64,000 nucleotides of DNA from Patescibacteria group bacterium (lineage in GTDB: Bacteria > Patescibacteriota > Microgenomatia > UBA1400 > UBA1449). Shown one piece after another: positions 28,690 through 39,194 of this stretch. The stretch's first letter is position 1. Each line of letters opens with the position of its first letter. The notes under the pieces were generated by a model. The model was not told the origin of the DNA and ran no database searches. It worked only from the letters and a program-made list of their open reading frames with translations. The translations under genes were made by a program, and so were the position numbers. The DNA lies in assembly GCA_050942955.1 (NCBI GenBank), contig JBMNOG010000006.1:932-64931 (forward strand), given 5' to 3'.

Positions 28690-30080
28690 AAATCACCTAC
28701 TTCAGTTTTACCGATCTCACTACTTAGAGTGAAAAACAGTTGAAACGGAATGTTTTCACCTTCAGCAAAACTGGACACAGGCAGCTGCACCTCATTGATC
28801 TCTGGCAAGTCTTCTAATGCCTGCTTAAAGGTTACCATAGCCTGGCGATCAGAAGCCATCCCCATAACTGTCCCCTTCTTTTCTGGTAGTGATAGCTGAA
28901 TCTTGCCTAAAGTAATTTCGCTATTGGTTAAACTCTTAATCTTTTCAGAGGTGATGGTTGGGAAGTAATCAGTAGCAGATAGAACCTGGACACGCTGTGA
29001 AGCTTGATTAGCTGCTCCGGCAGCGGCTAAAGCTTCTTTCCGAATACTGGAAGGAGAGTTAAGGTTCTGGGTAAACTCCCGTTCTTTCTGCAGAAGCCAG
29101 AGGTAGACTCCACCTAGCGAGATAAAAAGAATGGCTGTAAACAGTGTCCAAACAATAAGGAGTTTAGTCCAAAACCTACGGTTTTGCTTTGATGTATAGG
29201 AAGAAACGTACCATTGAGGTAAAAGGTTAATAGTTTTTTGATCAGAAGGTAAAGCCACATTTTTAAGAGCTCCGGAAATAGCAAGCAGGTAGTTGTTGGC
29301 TACCTCCGGCTTAACAGTTATGGACATGGCGTAGCCTGATATCGGCAACTTCAGCTCTGAAAGTGACTCTACTAGCTGCGTAGTTACCCCCATTCCTCCT
29401 ATCTGAATCCATTCCACCGGAAAATTACGGTAGTACTTACACATATGCAGGATTGTTTGCTTTAGGTGGTCAGAGAGTTGAGTAGTCACCGGAATAAGAG
29501 AAGTAGCCACTACTTCCTGATTTTTTGTTAGAGTCAGAATGGCTTCTGTTTGAGAAACATGGACCAGAAGTCTAATTCCTGGTTTGGCTTCAGCCAGACG
29601 TACCAGCGCAAGCGCCGGAGTTTCAACAGCCGCTACTCTTATACTCTGAGACTCAATCACTTTAATATAGGCATCAACTACTTCTTGGGGAACAGCTAGA
29701 AAGAGAATGTGGTGTTTTCCGTTGGTGCTAACTACTTGCCAGTCTAAGACTACAGATTCTAAGGGATATGGTAAAACATTTTCTGCTTCCCACCTAACTG
29801 CTTCATCCGCTTCTTTATCAGGCAACTTTGGGATTTCCAAAGACTTGGAAATGGCAGTATCTTCAGGGATAATAAGTGTAATTTCGCTTAGTGAAGTTTT
29901 TGCTGCCTTAACTACTTGAGTAACAGCTTGGGTAACTGCAACTTTGTCTTCAATCTTACCACGTTTAATACTTCCCTGTGCCAGTGGCTGAGTTACTGCT
30001 GCAACTATCTGTTTTTTGTGGGCATCCAGTTGCAGGAACTGTATTTGACTAGAAGAAAACACTAAAACACTGCTTACCAT
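28686..30080 (-). CDS. pilM: Type IV pilus assembly PilM (actin-like ATPase fold) fused to a PilN-like TM/periplasmic region.
   Basis: About 300 aa of PilM-like N-terminal domain, then a TM helix (FWTKLLIVWTLFTAILFISLGGVYLWLL) and about 140 aa of periplasmic region. Confidence 0.65.
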   Translation of the reverse strand: MVSSVLVFSSSQIQFLQLDAHKKQIVAAVTQPLAQGSIKRGKIEDKVAVTQAVTQVVKAAKTSLSEITLIIPEDTAISKSLEIPKLPDKEADEAVRWEAENVLPYPLESVVLDWQVVSTNGKHHILFLAVPQEVVDAYIKVIESQSIRVAAVETPALALVRLAEAKPGIRLLVHVSQTEAILTLTKNQEVVATSLIPVTTQLSDHLKQTILHMCKYYRNFPVEWIQIGGMGVTTQLVESLSELKLPISGYAMSITVKPEVANNYLLAISGALKNVALPSDQKTINLLPQWYVSSYTSKQNRRFWTKLLIVWTLFTAILFISLGGVYLWLLQKEREFTQNLNSPSSIRKEALAAAGAANQASQRVQVLSATDYFPTITSEKIKSLTNSEITLGKIQLSLPEKKGTVMGMASDRQAMVTFKQALEDLPEINEVQLPVSSFAEGENIPFQLFFTLSSEIGKTEVGDL

Positions 30081-30223
30081 ATGGGCAGTTTCAAAAATTG
30101 GTTTAAACCTCTGATACTAGCCTATCAGAAATAGAAAACAATGTCTATGAAGCTCAATATGGTTTCTTCTACGATACCAGAAGGGTAAAATTCTCCTGCG
30201 CTATAATAACCTAAACAACCACT

Positions 30224-31213
30224 ATGAATAAAAAACGGATAGTTGTTATCGGCGGCGGGACTGGCACTTCAGTAGTTTTGTCGGGACTGAAGCAAACTGG
30301 AAAATGTGAACTGAGTGCTATTGTGGTCGTCTCTGATTCTGGCGGCTCAACTGGGAGATTAAGAGACGAGTTTGGCTTTTTACCAGTCGGTGATTTAAGG
30401 CAGTGCTTAGCCGCTCTAGCTACTGGAGAACATCAGGAGGAAGTCCGCGAGGTTCTATTGTATCGTTTTAGCAAAGGCAATGGGTTAGCAGGTCACAACT
30501 TGGGAAATCTTATCCTTACCGCCCTAGAAGACCTCAAACTAACTCCCGGAAAAGCCATTGAAACAGCCGGTCAGATTTTTCGCATAGACGGTAATGTCTA
30601 CCCAATTACAGAGGAAAATGTCAACTTGGTAATTGAATACGGGAATGGTCTTATTAAAATAGGAGAAAGCAACCTAGATGATCCTAAACTCGGTGGGCAA
30701 AAGATTGCCTCAATCAAACTCTCCCCTCGTGCTTCTATCTATAACAAAGCCGCTCAGGCAATCCGTCAGGCAGACTTAGTCATTTTAGGTCCGGGAGATC
30801 TGTATGGCAGTTTACTGCCTAATACCCTAGTAAGAGGTTTTAAGACAACTCTAAGGCAAAGCCGGGCTCAATTTGTCTACATTGTTAATCTCATGACACA
30901 TTTTTCCCAAACCCATGGCATGACAGCCTCCAGCCATGTAGATGAGGTAGTCCGTTATACCGGCCGCAAGCCGGACATTATCATCATCAACTCTTCCCCT
31001 ATCTCTCAAAGTGTTCTCAAGCGTTACGCTAGCCAAAAAGAGTATCCGGTTAAAGATGATCTTCTCGCAAAAAATGGATACTGCATTGTCCGCAGTGATT
31101 GTCTCTCGCAAATTATGGCCAAGCCGGTCGAGGGCGATACAATCCCCAGAAATCTACTACGCCATGATGGACAAAAGCTAGCTAAAATTCTTCTTCACTG
31201 CTTACCTCGCTAA
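30224..31213 (+). CDS. YvcK/CofD-family protein (UPF0052, gluconeogenesis factor-like).
   Basis: IVVIGGGTGTSVVLSGLK...VVSDSGGSTGRLRDEFGFLPVGDLRQCLAAL motifs characteristic of the YvcK/2-phospho-L-lactate transferase fold. Confidence 0.8.
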   Translation: MNKKRIVVIGGGTGTSVVLSGLKQTGKCELSAIVVVSDSGGSTGRLRDEFGFLPVGDLRQCLAALATGEHQEEVREVLLYRFSKGNGLAGHNLGNLILTALEDLKLTPGKAIETAGQIFRIDGNVYPITEENVNLVIEYGNGLIKIGESNLDDPKLGGQKIASIKLSPRASIYNKAAQAIRQADLVILGPGDLYGSLLPNTLVRGFKTTLRQSRAQFVYIVNLMTHFSQTHGMTASSHVDEVVRYTGRKPDIIIINSSPISQSVLKRYASQKEYPVKDDLLAKNGYCIVRSDCLSQIMAKPVEGDTIPRNLLRHDGQKLAKILLHCLPR

Positions 31214-31271
31214 GTAACCAACAAGAGAGCTTGCACCATCAATTCAATGGCAATTTATAACTCCTTGAAGT

Positions 31272-32645
31272 ATGATAGGTGTAATGCCCGCTTTTCTTCT
31301 GTCTTACCAGAGATGTCGAAACCGTGGTCAAGTATTAATTGATATCATCGTGGCTACCGGAGTTTTTCTTATTCTGGTTCACTCGGTTTTTTCGCTCATA
31401 GTAGCTATTTATGAAACCATTAACTATTCTAGGGTGCGAATGATTGCCAGACACTTGGCCAATGAAAAAATGGAGCTTTTGCTTAATGTCCCATATAGCG
31501 ATCTGGGAACTACCACAGGAATCCCTAATGGTATTATTCCGGAATTTGAAACCGTTTCCAGAAACGATGTCAACTTTATAGTGCACACCACAATTACTTA
31601 TGTAGATGACCCATTTGATGGAAATGCTCCTGTTGACCTTTTACCCACAGACTACAAACAGGTACGGTTAGAAGTTGCTCAGCAAGAAAGTTCAACACAA
31701 GTTGATATTGAACCAATTGTCATTGTTAGCCAGGTAGCCCCCCAAGGCATTGAAACTGTTACCGGCGGCGGCACACTCTCAATTTTAGTCATTGATGCCC
31801 AAAGCCAACCTGTTTCTCAAGCGCAAGTACATGTAGTCAGCAGTGATGTTGTCCCGGTAATTGATATGACCTTACAAACAAACATTGATGGTCGGCTTAT
31901 TATTCCGGGGGCCCCTCCCTGTGCTAATTGTTACAATGTAACAGTCTCAAAAGATGGCTATTCTACTGACAAAACATATACAACAGATGAGGTAGCTAAC
32001 CCCCAACGCCGCCCAATAACTGTAGAGGTAGAACGTCTCTCTGAAGCAACGTTTATTATAGACAGAACCAGTAATGTTACAGTCTATTCTCACCATGGAA
32101 GATTGAGTAACTTTTCCGTTTTCCCAAATCAGCTTTTCCGACTAACCGGCTCAAAGATAATCGGAACTGATCCTGATGGTGATCCTGTTTACAAGTTTGA
32201 TGAAACCTTTACTACCAGTAGTAGTGGACTATTGGAAATTGAAGACCTGGAGTGGGATAACTACATGCTCACCATTCCTCCTTCTGAAACCTTGGTAGTA
32301 TCAGGTGTCAATCCCTTCCAGCCTATGACAGTTAATCCAAATACAAACTATACTGTTCACTTTGCCTTGTCTCCTAAAACACTTAACAGTCTGCTTTTAT
32401 CCACCAAAGACGCCAGTGGTAGCGCCATAGCTTCTGCCAGTGCAACGTTATCTCTTGGGCCTGATGTTATCGCTACCCAGTCCGGCGGCCTTATGGATGA
32501 TCCTGATTTTGGGCAGGTATTTTTCTCTGATTTGGATGTTAATGCTTACGATTTTACGATTAACCATAGTAACTACCAACCTGCTACTGGGACAGTTACA
32601 GTTGATGGAACCACAGTCAATGAAGTTATCTTAACTGTGCAATAG
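31272..32645 (+). CDS. Pseudopilin-like protein with a degenerate prepilin N-terminus and carboxypeptidase-regulatory-like (beta-sandwich) domains.
   Basis: N-terminal RG|QVLIDIIVATGVFLIL (acidic residue at +5) and repeated beta-sandwich segments (GRLIIPGAPPCANCYNVTVSKDGYST). Confidence 0.5.
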   Translation: MIGVMPAFLLSYQRCRNRGQVLIDIIVATGVFLILVHSVFSLIVAIYETINYSRVRMIARHLANEKMELLLNVPYSDLGTTTGIPNGIIPEFETVSRNDVNFIVHTTITYVDDPFDGNAPVDLLPTDYKQVRLEVAQQESSTQVDIEPIVIVSQVAPQGIETVTGGGTLSILVIDAQSQPVSQAQVHVVSSDVVPVIDMTLQTNIDGRLIIPGAPPCANCYNVTVSKDGYSTDKTYTTDEVANPQRRPITVEVERLSEATFIIDRTSNVTVYSHHGRLSNFSVFPNQLFRLTGSKIIGTDPDGDPVYKFDETFTTSSSGLLEIEDLEWDNYMLTIPPSETLVVSGVNPFQPMTVNPNTNYTVHFALSPKTLNSLLLSTKDASGSAIASASATLSLGPDVIATQSGGLMDDPDFGQVFFSDLDVNAYDFTINHSNYQPATGTVTVDGTTVNEVILTVQ

Positions 32646-32654
32646 AAAACTGAT

Positions 32655-33287
32655 ATGAAAAGATCTATCTACCAACACAAACACTCCCAATCTGGTTTCA
32701 CACTTGTTGAGGTTCTTATTGCTTTAGTTCTCGTAATTTTTATTCTGGGAGCTATGCTGGCCCTGCAAGATATGATCTTCAACCAGCAGCAAACTACCAT
32801 CAACTCTTATGTGACCATTGATACCGCTAACCGCGCAGTTGAACGCATGGCACGAGAAATCCGTAACAGCCGTATCGCCGACAACGGAGCCTATACCTTG
32901 GAAATATTAGATGATCAAAACTTGGCATTTTACGGCGATGCTGACGGAGATAGTTCCATTGAAAGAATCCGCTACTTTCTGGATGGAGCTGTACTAAAAA
33001 AGGGAGTAATTGAGCCCACCTCACATCCCGTAACATACCCTTTGGCAAACGAAGTGGTAACTGAAGTAGCTGAGGGGATAGTTAACGGAACTGAACCAAT
33101 TTTCTACTACTACAATGGTGAATGGCCAAAAGATGAGACCAACAATCCTCTTCCAATAACTAGTCGACAGATTCATACCAGACTTATCGGCATACGATTA
33201 GTAGTTAACACTGATGAATTAAATCTTCATACAAATTATGAAATAGCCTCGTACACCCATGTACGAACTTTAAAAGATAATCTATGA
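32655..33287 (+). CDS. Minor pilin (PilV/PilW-like) with a prepilin N-terminal methylation motif.
   Basis: SG|FTLVEVLIALVLVIFILGAML. Confidence 0.75.
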   Translation: MKRSIYQHKHSQSGFTLVEVLIALVLVIFILGAMLALQDMIFNQQQTTINSYVTIDTANRAVERMAREIRNSRIADNGAYTLEILDDQNLAFYGDADGDSSIERIRYFLDGAVLKKGVIEPTSHPVTYPLANEVVTEVAEGIVNGTEPIFYYYNGEWPKDETNNPLPITSRQIHTRLIGIRLVVNTDELNLHTNYEIASYTHVRTLKDNL

Positions 33288-34840
33288 AAAATTTTCAATC
33301 TGGTTCCATTACCGCCCCTCTCCTTGTTATCTCTGCAGCGTTCATTGTCGTTATCTACGGATTAGTTTTCCTCCTGACCAACCAGTTTGATACTACGTTC
33401 AGGCAAACAGCCTTTGATCAGGCTCTTTATATCGCTGAAGCCGGCATTCAATACTACCGCTGGCATTTGGCTCACGCTCCGGAAGATTTTACTGATGGCA
33501 TGGGACAACCAGGACCTTACGAACATCCATACTACGATCCTCAAGGTGAGGAAATTGGAAGATTTTCTCTGGAGATTACGCCGCCCACTGCCGGTTCGAC
33601 GTTAGTTACTATTACTTCAACTGGCTGGGTCACAGGCTATGAAGCGGCTAAACGAACTGTTACTGTTAGTTACGGCATTCCTTCACTTGCCCGCTACTCA
33701 GGAGCCTCAGAGGCAAGTATGTACTATGGCTCAGGCATCACAGTTAACGGACTAATTCATTCAAATAATGGCATCAGGATGGATGGGACAAACACATCTC
33801 TTGTCACCAGTGCCCGAGAAAACTATATCTGTGGGAGTGAGACAGGTTGTGCCAGCAATCCTACATCTTCTACTGTTTGCAACTACTATCTTCCCTATGC
33901 AAGTAGTTGCCATTGGGAAAATTTCAGGTGCGAATGCCCTCAAAACTGGTCTGGTTGCCAAAGTCCTTGTCAATGGATAAATGGTAGCGGTTGTCAGTGT
34001 CCAGCTATTTGGGGTGAGGGTCCTAACTCCAACCTCTGGGACTATCCTGAACCGCCTATTGATTTTGAAGCTATTAACTTTGATTTTCGGGAGATGAGCG
34101 AGGCTGCAGACACACATAACTCTCATCTTGGTCCAGCTACTGATTTTGGCAGTAATAACAGAGGTTACCATGTAGTCTTTAACAGCAGCGGCACTGCCGA
34201 TGTTTACCTTATAACCGAGCTCAGTAGCCTTAAAGCCTCGACTGCTGAGACTGGCTGCGAAAACTGGAGTCAGGTAATTACTTCTCAAAATCCTACCCCA
34301 ATTAGAACTTTTGATCTAGATACTACCCCAATTATCTTTTTAGAAGATCATATCTGGGTGGAAGGTGTAGTTAATGGTAAAACCAGCTTGGTCGCTGCCC
34401 GCTTTCCTACAGGCACTAACAATATGGATATCTGGATTAGAGGTAATATAACTTATCTTGAAAAAAATGGCCAACATAAGTTGGGGCTCATTGCCCAGCA
34501 TGATATCTACTTTACCCGGGATGTTCCCAATGACTTTGAGGTGGACGCGGCACTGCTAGCTCAAAACGGAAAAGTTATCCGCCATATCTATACTTGCCTG
34601 TGTCCAGTCTGGTACAACCCCTTTAGAGCTTGTGACACCTCATCTCAGCGTGTAAAAAATTCACTTACTATTTACGGCACCCTTATTTCCAGGTACAAGT
34701 CTTACTGGAATTCGGGTGATCCTCCATCCTCAGGTTTTATTACCAGAACTATGACATACGATGGCACTCTTCTTTACAATCCCCCTCCTTACTTCCCAAC
34801 GCAAGGAGAATATGAGTTCATTAGCTGGAAAGAAGAGTAG
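33284..34840 (+). CDS. Pilus-associated protein (PilX/PilY1-like candidate tip adhesin) with an N-terminal hydrophobic segment and a Cys-rich module.
   Basis: MKNFQSGSITAPLLVISAAFIVVIYGLVFLL N-terminus. A Cys cluster CGSETGC...CNYY...CHWENFRCECPQNWSGCQSPCQWINGSGCQCP. The start overlaps the upstream minor pilin by 4 nt. Confidence 0.5.
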   Translation: MKNFQSGSITAPLLVISAAFIVVIYGLVFLLTNQFDTTFRQTAFDQALYIAEAGIQYYRWHLAHAPEDFTDGMGQPGPYEHPYYDPQGEEIGRFSLEITPPTAGSTLVTITSTGWVTGYEAAKRTVTVSYGIPSLARYSGASEASMYYGSGITVNGLIHSNNGIRMDGTNTSLVTSARENYICGSETGCASNPTSSTVCNYYLPYASSCHWENFRCECPQNWSGCQSPCQWINGSGCQCPAIWGEGPNSNLWDYPEPPIDFEAINFDFREMSEAADTHNSHLGPATDFGSNNRGYHVVFNSSGTADVYLITELSSLKASTAETGCENWSQVITSQNPTPIRTFDLDTTPIIFLEDHIWVEGVVNGKTSLVAARFPTGTNNMDIWIRGNITYLEKNGQHKLGLIAQHDIYFTRDVPNDFEVDAALLAQNGKVIRHIYTCLCPVWYNPFRACDTSSQRVKNSLTIYGTLISRYKSYWNSGDPPSSGFITRTMTYDGTLLYNPPPYFPTQGEYEFISWKEE

Positions 34841-34963
34841 ATTATAAAGAACAGCGCACCAAGCTAAAAAGCTATGTATGGAGTGCGAAGAACTTGGCAC
34901 CTAACACCTTGTGCCCGAAACTCCTTACCTCACATTTAGTGGCTGATATTTGCACTCAGTGCT

Positions 34964-35623
34964 CTATTCGCCACAGATAGTATTAGAGATAATTATTTTC
35001 CTACCCTCAGGGATTTCTACTTCATCACAGACATATGAATCTTCCTCCTGGGGGCCGCCGCCGCCGTGCCAAGGGTTACTACCATCTTCCGAACTTTCAG
35101 AGGTAGGAGTTGGTGAAGGAACAGAGGAGGGCTGAGGAGAACTAGGGTTTAGTGTCGGCTCAGGACGGAGAGTGGGTAACACTCCTTCATTTTCGTAGAT
35201 TTCATCTAAAGTCTCTTGGATCATGTCTCCTACCTCCTGCGTTTTCTCATCAACAACTACCGTTATCTTCTCTCCGTCTGCCATAGTAAGTTCAATAGCC
35301 AGTCCTGTTCCCACAAACTGCGTTAATTGGTCAAAATCTAAACTGTCTAGAGACTCAAAAAAACGCCGGACTTTTTCCGGATCCCAGGTTTGAGTAAACG
35401 TACCAAAAGGCGTTTTAATAGTGACATTTCCATTCCTTTCAACTGTTACTGTGTTCTGTCCATCACCAAAGGTAACAGTTGTAACCTGGGTAGGCTTGGC
35501 CGGCTTAAGGATAAGTTCATAGGCTTTCCAGCCAGCTACCGACACCAAAACTACTATTACTAGTAACATCACTAACGTAAGTAAGGGATTTTTTTGAATA
35601 AGCGAGTTAAGATCTTGGTTCAT
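34964..35623 (-). CDS. Hypothetical membrane-anchored protein with a P/S-rich C-terminal linker.
   Basis: N-terminal TM helix, a soluble domain and a PSSPQPSSVPSPTPTSESS low-complexity tail. It lies immediately downstream of pilC. Confidence 0.45.
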   Translation of the reverse strand: MNQDLNSLIQKNPLLTLVMLLVIVVLVSVAGWKAYELILKPAKPTQVTTVTFGDGQNTVTVERNGNVTIKTPFGTFTQTWDPEKVRRFFESLDSLDFDQLTQFVGTGLAIELTMADGEKITVVVDEKTQEVGDMIQETLDEIYENEGVLPTLRPEPTLNPSSPQPSSVPSPTPTSESSEDGSNPWHGGGGPQEEDSYVCDEVEIPEGRKIIISNTICGE

Positions 35624-35629
35624 GGTGTC

Positions 35630-36862
35630 TTAGCGCCCACCCTGCGCAGTCTGCATATTGCCCACCACACTGTAAATAGGAGCAATAATCATAATAACCA
35701 TAGCTCCAACCGCTACCCCGATTACCAGCATAATAATCGGCTCAAGAATTGTGGTAAACTCTTTCAGGCCATCTTCCAGCTCTTCTTCGTAGTAGTCAGC
35801 CAGTTCAAGCAAAACTGAATCAAGTGCTCCTGTTTTTTCTCCGGTTTTAATAGTTTGAATCATGAGAGAGGGAAAGACCTTTTTATTTGTTGTTAAAAGG
35901 CTGGCAACAGTCTTACCTTCCTCAATTCCTTTTTCAAAGTTCTTAGCTACTTTCTGCATATCAAACTGTGTTAGGGTCTCTGAAGCAATGTTTAAAGCAG
36001 TAATAATGGAAACTCCGGATTGGAGCAAGGTTGCTAGCGTTCGGGAAAAACGGGCAAGATCAATTTGCCGACACAGTTTCTTTATAATGGGAAAGTTTGA
36101 TAGGTATTTAAAAATGACTGACTTGGTCTTATGGTAAGTAAGGAGAAAAACAAAGAAAGCGGCAAGGGTAAGAATGGTGAGAATTGCCAAAGCAGCATTT
36201 TTTCCCATAAAATCCCCAAACTGCAACAGTAGCTTCGTAGGCAGGGGTAAAGGGATTTTCATCTTAAGAAACACGGTGCTCAGTTTTGGCAACACAAAGG
36301 TTATCATTAAAACCCCTACTCCCAGCATAGCAGTGATGATGACTGCCGGATACATCAACGCTCCCATGATTTTTTTGTTCAAGCGGTGAACAGCATAAAG
36401 CTGCTTAGAAAGGTAGGCGAATGTTTTTTCTAAAGACCCTGACTGCTCCCCTGCATGCACCAGAGCTAAGAAAACACTATCAAAAACTTCTGGGTATTTG
36501 CGCAGGACAGTTGATATTTCCCCTCCTTCCTGCATAGTAAAGATCATGTCTTGGAGAATGACTTTCATTTTAGTATTTTCCGTTTCTGAGTAGATAAGCT
36601 CAACTGCTTCAGAGGCTGACAACCCAGAACGGATCATAACCGCCATGTAGCGGCAGAAATTAGCTTTTTCCAAAGCAGAAACTTTTCCCCGGAAGAACTG
36701 GATATTCCCTCTAATCTCCCGAATAGAGAGTATTTTCATTTTCTTAGCTCTTAGGGAAGCTGCAAGTTCATTCCTACTTCTGGCTTGCAGAGTCTGCTCT
36801 ACCATCTTCCCGTTTTCCAATAAGGCTTTGTAGCAAAATTGAGGCAGAGGGCAAATGTTCAA
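35630..36862 (-). CDS. pilC: Type IV pilus inner-membrane platform protein PilC (GspF family).
   Basis: Two T2SS-F domains, 3 or more TM helices and a C-terminal PIYSVVGNM-like region. Confidence 0.88.
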   Translation of the reverse strand: MNICPLPQFCYKALLENGKMVEQTLQARSRNELAASLRAKKMKILSIREIRGNIQFFRGKVSALEKANFCRYMAVMIRSGLSASEAVELIYSETENTKMKVILQDMIFTMQEGGEISTVLRKYPEVFDSVFLALVHAGEQSGSLEKTFAYLSKQLYAVHRLNKKIMGALMYPAVIITAMLGVGVLMITFVLPKLSTVFLKMKIPLPLPTKLLLQFGDFMGKNAALAILTILTLAAFFVFLLTYHKTKSVIFKYLSNFPIIKKLCRQIDLARFSRTLATLLQSGVSIITALNIASETLTQFDMQKVAKNFEKGIEEGKTVASLLTTNKKVFPSLMIQTIKTGEKTGALDSVLLELADYYEEELEDGLKEFTTILEPIIMLVIGVAVGAMVIMIIAPIYSVVGNMQTAQGGR

Positions 36863-36966
36863 TTACCAATAATCAATTTTCATTTATTGGTTTTTGGCAA
36901 TAGAACACATCATAACTAGTAATTGCTCATAACTGGTACCTGATTATTGAACATTTTTATTTTCTC

Positions 36967-38646
36967 TTACTCTCTTACTGCTCTTAAAACTTCTTCTAAG
37001 GTAGTCAAGCCTGAAGCCACTTTATCGATACCATCCTCGAGCATGGTAACCATCCCCTCTTTTTGAGCTTGATCTTTTAACTCATCCCCTGATCCTCGCT
37101 TGATTATAAGCTTGCGAATCGCCTCACTCACCTCAAAAAGTTCGTAAATACCAATACGGCCTTTATAACCCGTACCTCCACACTCAGCACAACCTTCACC
37201 TTTGTAAAATTTCTGCTTGGAAAGGTCTTTGCCGAGCATTTTTTGGAAGTACTCCAAAGTCTCCTTATCTGGCTTTTTCTCTACCAAGCAGTTTTGACAG
37301 ATCTTACGCACCAGACGCTGGGCAATAACTACATTAACAGTTGAAGCCAGTAAGTATCCTTCTACCCCCATATCAAGCATCCTTGGAAGAGCTCCAGGGG
37401 CATCGTTAGTGTGTAGAGTAGTTAAAACAAGGTGACCTGTCAAGGCAGCATGGACTGCAATCTCAGCCGTTTCGGTATCACGAATTTCTCCAACCATCAT
37501 GATGTCCGGATCATGCCTCAGAAGAGACCGGAGCCCGGCAGCAAACGTTAGGCCCGATTTAGTATTCACCTGAATTTGCGTCAGTCTGTTTAAGCCGTAC
37601 TCAATCGGATCCTCAATTGTGCAGATCTTAACGCCAACGTTATTGAGCATGTTAAGTACAGAATACAACGTGGTAGTTTTTCCTGATCCGGTAGGCCCTG
37701 TCACTAATATCATGCCGTGAGGCCGTTTTATTTGGTCTTTAATAGTTTTTAGGTTTTTCCCTGAAAAACCTAGTTCTTCAAGAGAATGAGGCCTGGTAGT
37801 TTCAGGCAGCAGACGCAGCACCACGTTTTCTCCGTAGTAACCTGGGATAATGGAAACGCGAAATGCCACCACCTCCCCAGCCATATCGTATTTATAGCGC
37901 CCATCCTGAGGTACACGGTGTTCATCAATCTTAAGATTTGCCAAAATTTTAATTCTTGCCACCAGTGCCTGTTCTACCTTTTTAGGTAAAGCCACAATGT
38001 CGCGCAACACCCCATCCACCCTAAAACGAACCATAACCTCATTAACCAGTGTCTCCAGATGAATATCGGAAGTACTCTCAGCAATAGCGTATTCAAGGAT
38101 AGTATTCAGGATTTTGACAATCGGAATGTCTTCAGCAATTTTTAGAAGATCTTCACTTTTGCCACCAGCTTTTTCAACGTTTTCAGAAATAATTTTTTCA
38201 AAGTCTTCGCGGATGTTACGTTTGTACTGTCCTAAAGCCCTTCGAATGTCTGCAGTGGTGGCATAGTAAGCTTCAACAGTCAAGCCTGTGTGTCTGCGCA
38301 CAAACTCAAGCGCCTCAAAGTTAGAAGGGTCTGACATAGCCAGCTTTAGCGTCTCTTTCTCTAAGGCAAAAGGAACAACCAAGTGAGTTCTGGCAGTTTT
38401 TTCCGGCACAAGCTCCAGAACTTCAAGGGGAATAATTTGTTGGCCGATAGTAACAAAGGGAACCTTAAGATGTTCAGCTATGATCTGGCCTAAAGCTTTT
38501 TCAGAGATAATTCCCCTGAAAATTAGAATGTCAGTGATATCACTATTAAGTTCCTCAGCAGATTTAGCAGCTAGTTGAAAATCCTGCTCTGTAACAAAAC
38601 CAGAGGCAACAAGAATCTTTTTAAGTTGGGCAGATGAAAACTTCAT
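36967..38646 (-). CDS. pilB: Type IV pilus assembly ATPase PilB (GspE family) with an N-terminal MshEN/GspE_N domain.
   Basis: Walker A GPTGSGKTTTL, Asp/His boxes and a tetracysteine motif (CQNC...CAECGGTG). Confidence 0.9.
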   Translation of the reverse strand: MKFSSAQLKKILVASGFVTEQDFQLAAKSAEELNSDITDILIFRGIISEKALGQIIAEHLKVPFVTIGQQIIPLEVLELVPEKTARTHLVVPFALEKETLKLAMSDPSNFEALEFVRRHTGLTVEAYYATTADIRRALGQYKRNIREDFEKIISENVEKAGGKSEDLLKIAEDIPIVKILNTILEYAIAESTSDIHLETLVNEVMVRFRVDGVLRDIVALPKKVEQALVARIKILANLKIDEHRVPQDGRYKYDMAGEVVAFRVSIIPGYYGENVVLRLLPETTRPHSLEELGFSGKNLKTIKDQIKRPHGMILVTGPTGSGKTTTLYSVLNMLNNVGVKICTIEDPIEYGLNRLTQIQVNTKSGLTFAAGLRSLLRHDPDIMMVGEIRDTETAEIAVHAALTGHLVLTTLHTNDAPGALPRMLDMGVEGYLLASTVNVVIAQRLVRKICQNCLVEKKPDKETLEYFQKMLGKDLSKQKFYKGEGCAECGGTGYKGRIGIYELFEVSEAIRKLIIKRGSGDELKDQAQKEGMVTMLEDGIDKVASGLTTLEEVLRAVRE

Positions 38647-38775
38647 AGACAGTAACTCCTTGATGCTACCTTAATTCTAGCTAAATACCACTGAACAAGC
38701 AAATTAGAAAAACACAGATAAGTAGAACAGGATTAGAGGAAATTTGGAACGAAGCGTAGTAACAGTATTTCAACG

Positions 38776-39144
38776 TTATCCTAAATACTGTCTTACTTTT
38801 TCAGCGATTTGGCTGGGGGTATAGTTAGCTTTAAGAAGAAATTCTTTAACCCCAAGCTGAAGGGCTTTTTCTCTCTGCTCAGGCTGACTCAAGTTACTAA
38901 GCATAATAACTGGCAGGTTTTTAGTTTCAGTATTTTTGCGCAACTCTTCAAGTAGCTCCAGTCCTGAAAGTCTTGGCATCATTACGTCCATTATGACAAA
39001 GTCAGGCTTCTGGTTTTGAGCAATATCTAGTCCCTGCATACCATCTCCGGCTGTTAGAACCTCATAGCCTTCTTTTATAAACTTAGTTTGGTACATTCGC
39101 ACCAATAGCGGATCGTCTTCGACAATTAAGATCTTTTTAGCCAT
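38776..39144 (-). CDS. Single-domain response regulator (CheY-like receiver).
   Basis: ILIVEDDPLLV ... FVIMDVMMP (phospho-acceptor Asp) ... conserved Lys; 122 aa with no output domain. Confidence 0.85.
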   Translation of the reverse strand: MAKKILIVEDDPLLVRMYQTKFIKEGYEVLTAGDGMQGLDIAQNQKPDFVIMDVMMPRLSGLELLEELRKNTETKNLPVIMLSNLSQPEQREKALQLGVKEFLLKANYTPSQIAEKVRQYLG

Positions 39145-39194
39145 ATTTACCTTTGTTAAGCCATACTCTACTAACTTGTTAGTAGAATGTCAAT

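Noticed and set aside
33761-34288. 175-aa minus-strand ORF overlapping the Cys-rich pilus protein gene.
   Set aside because: It is antisense to the Cys/Gly/Trp-rich coding region. It is not co-oriented with any operon and has no SD.
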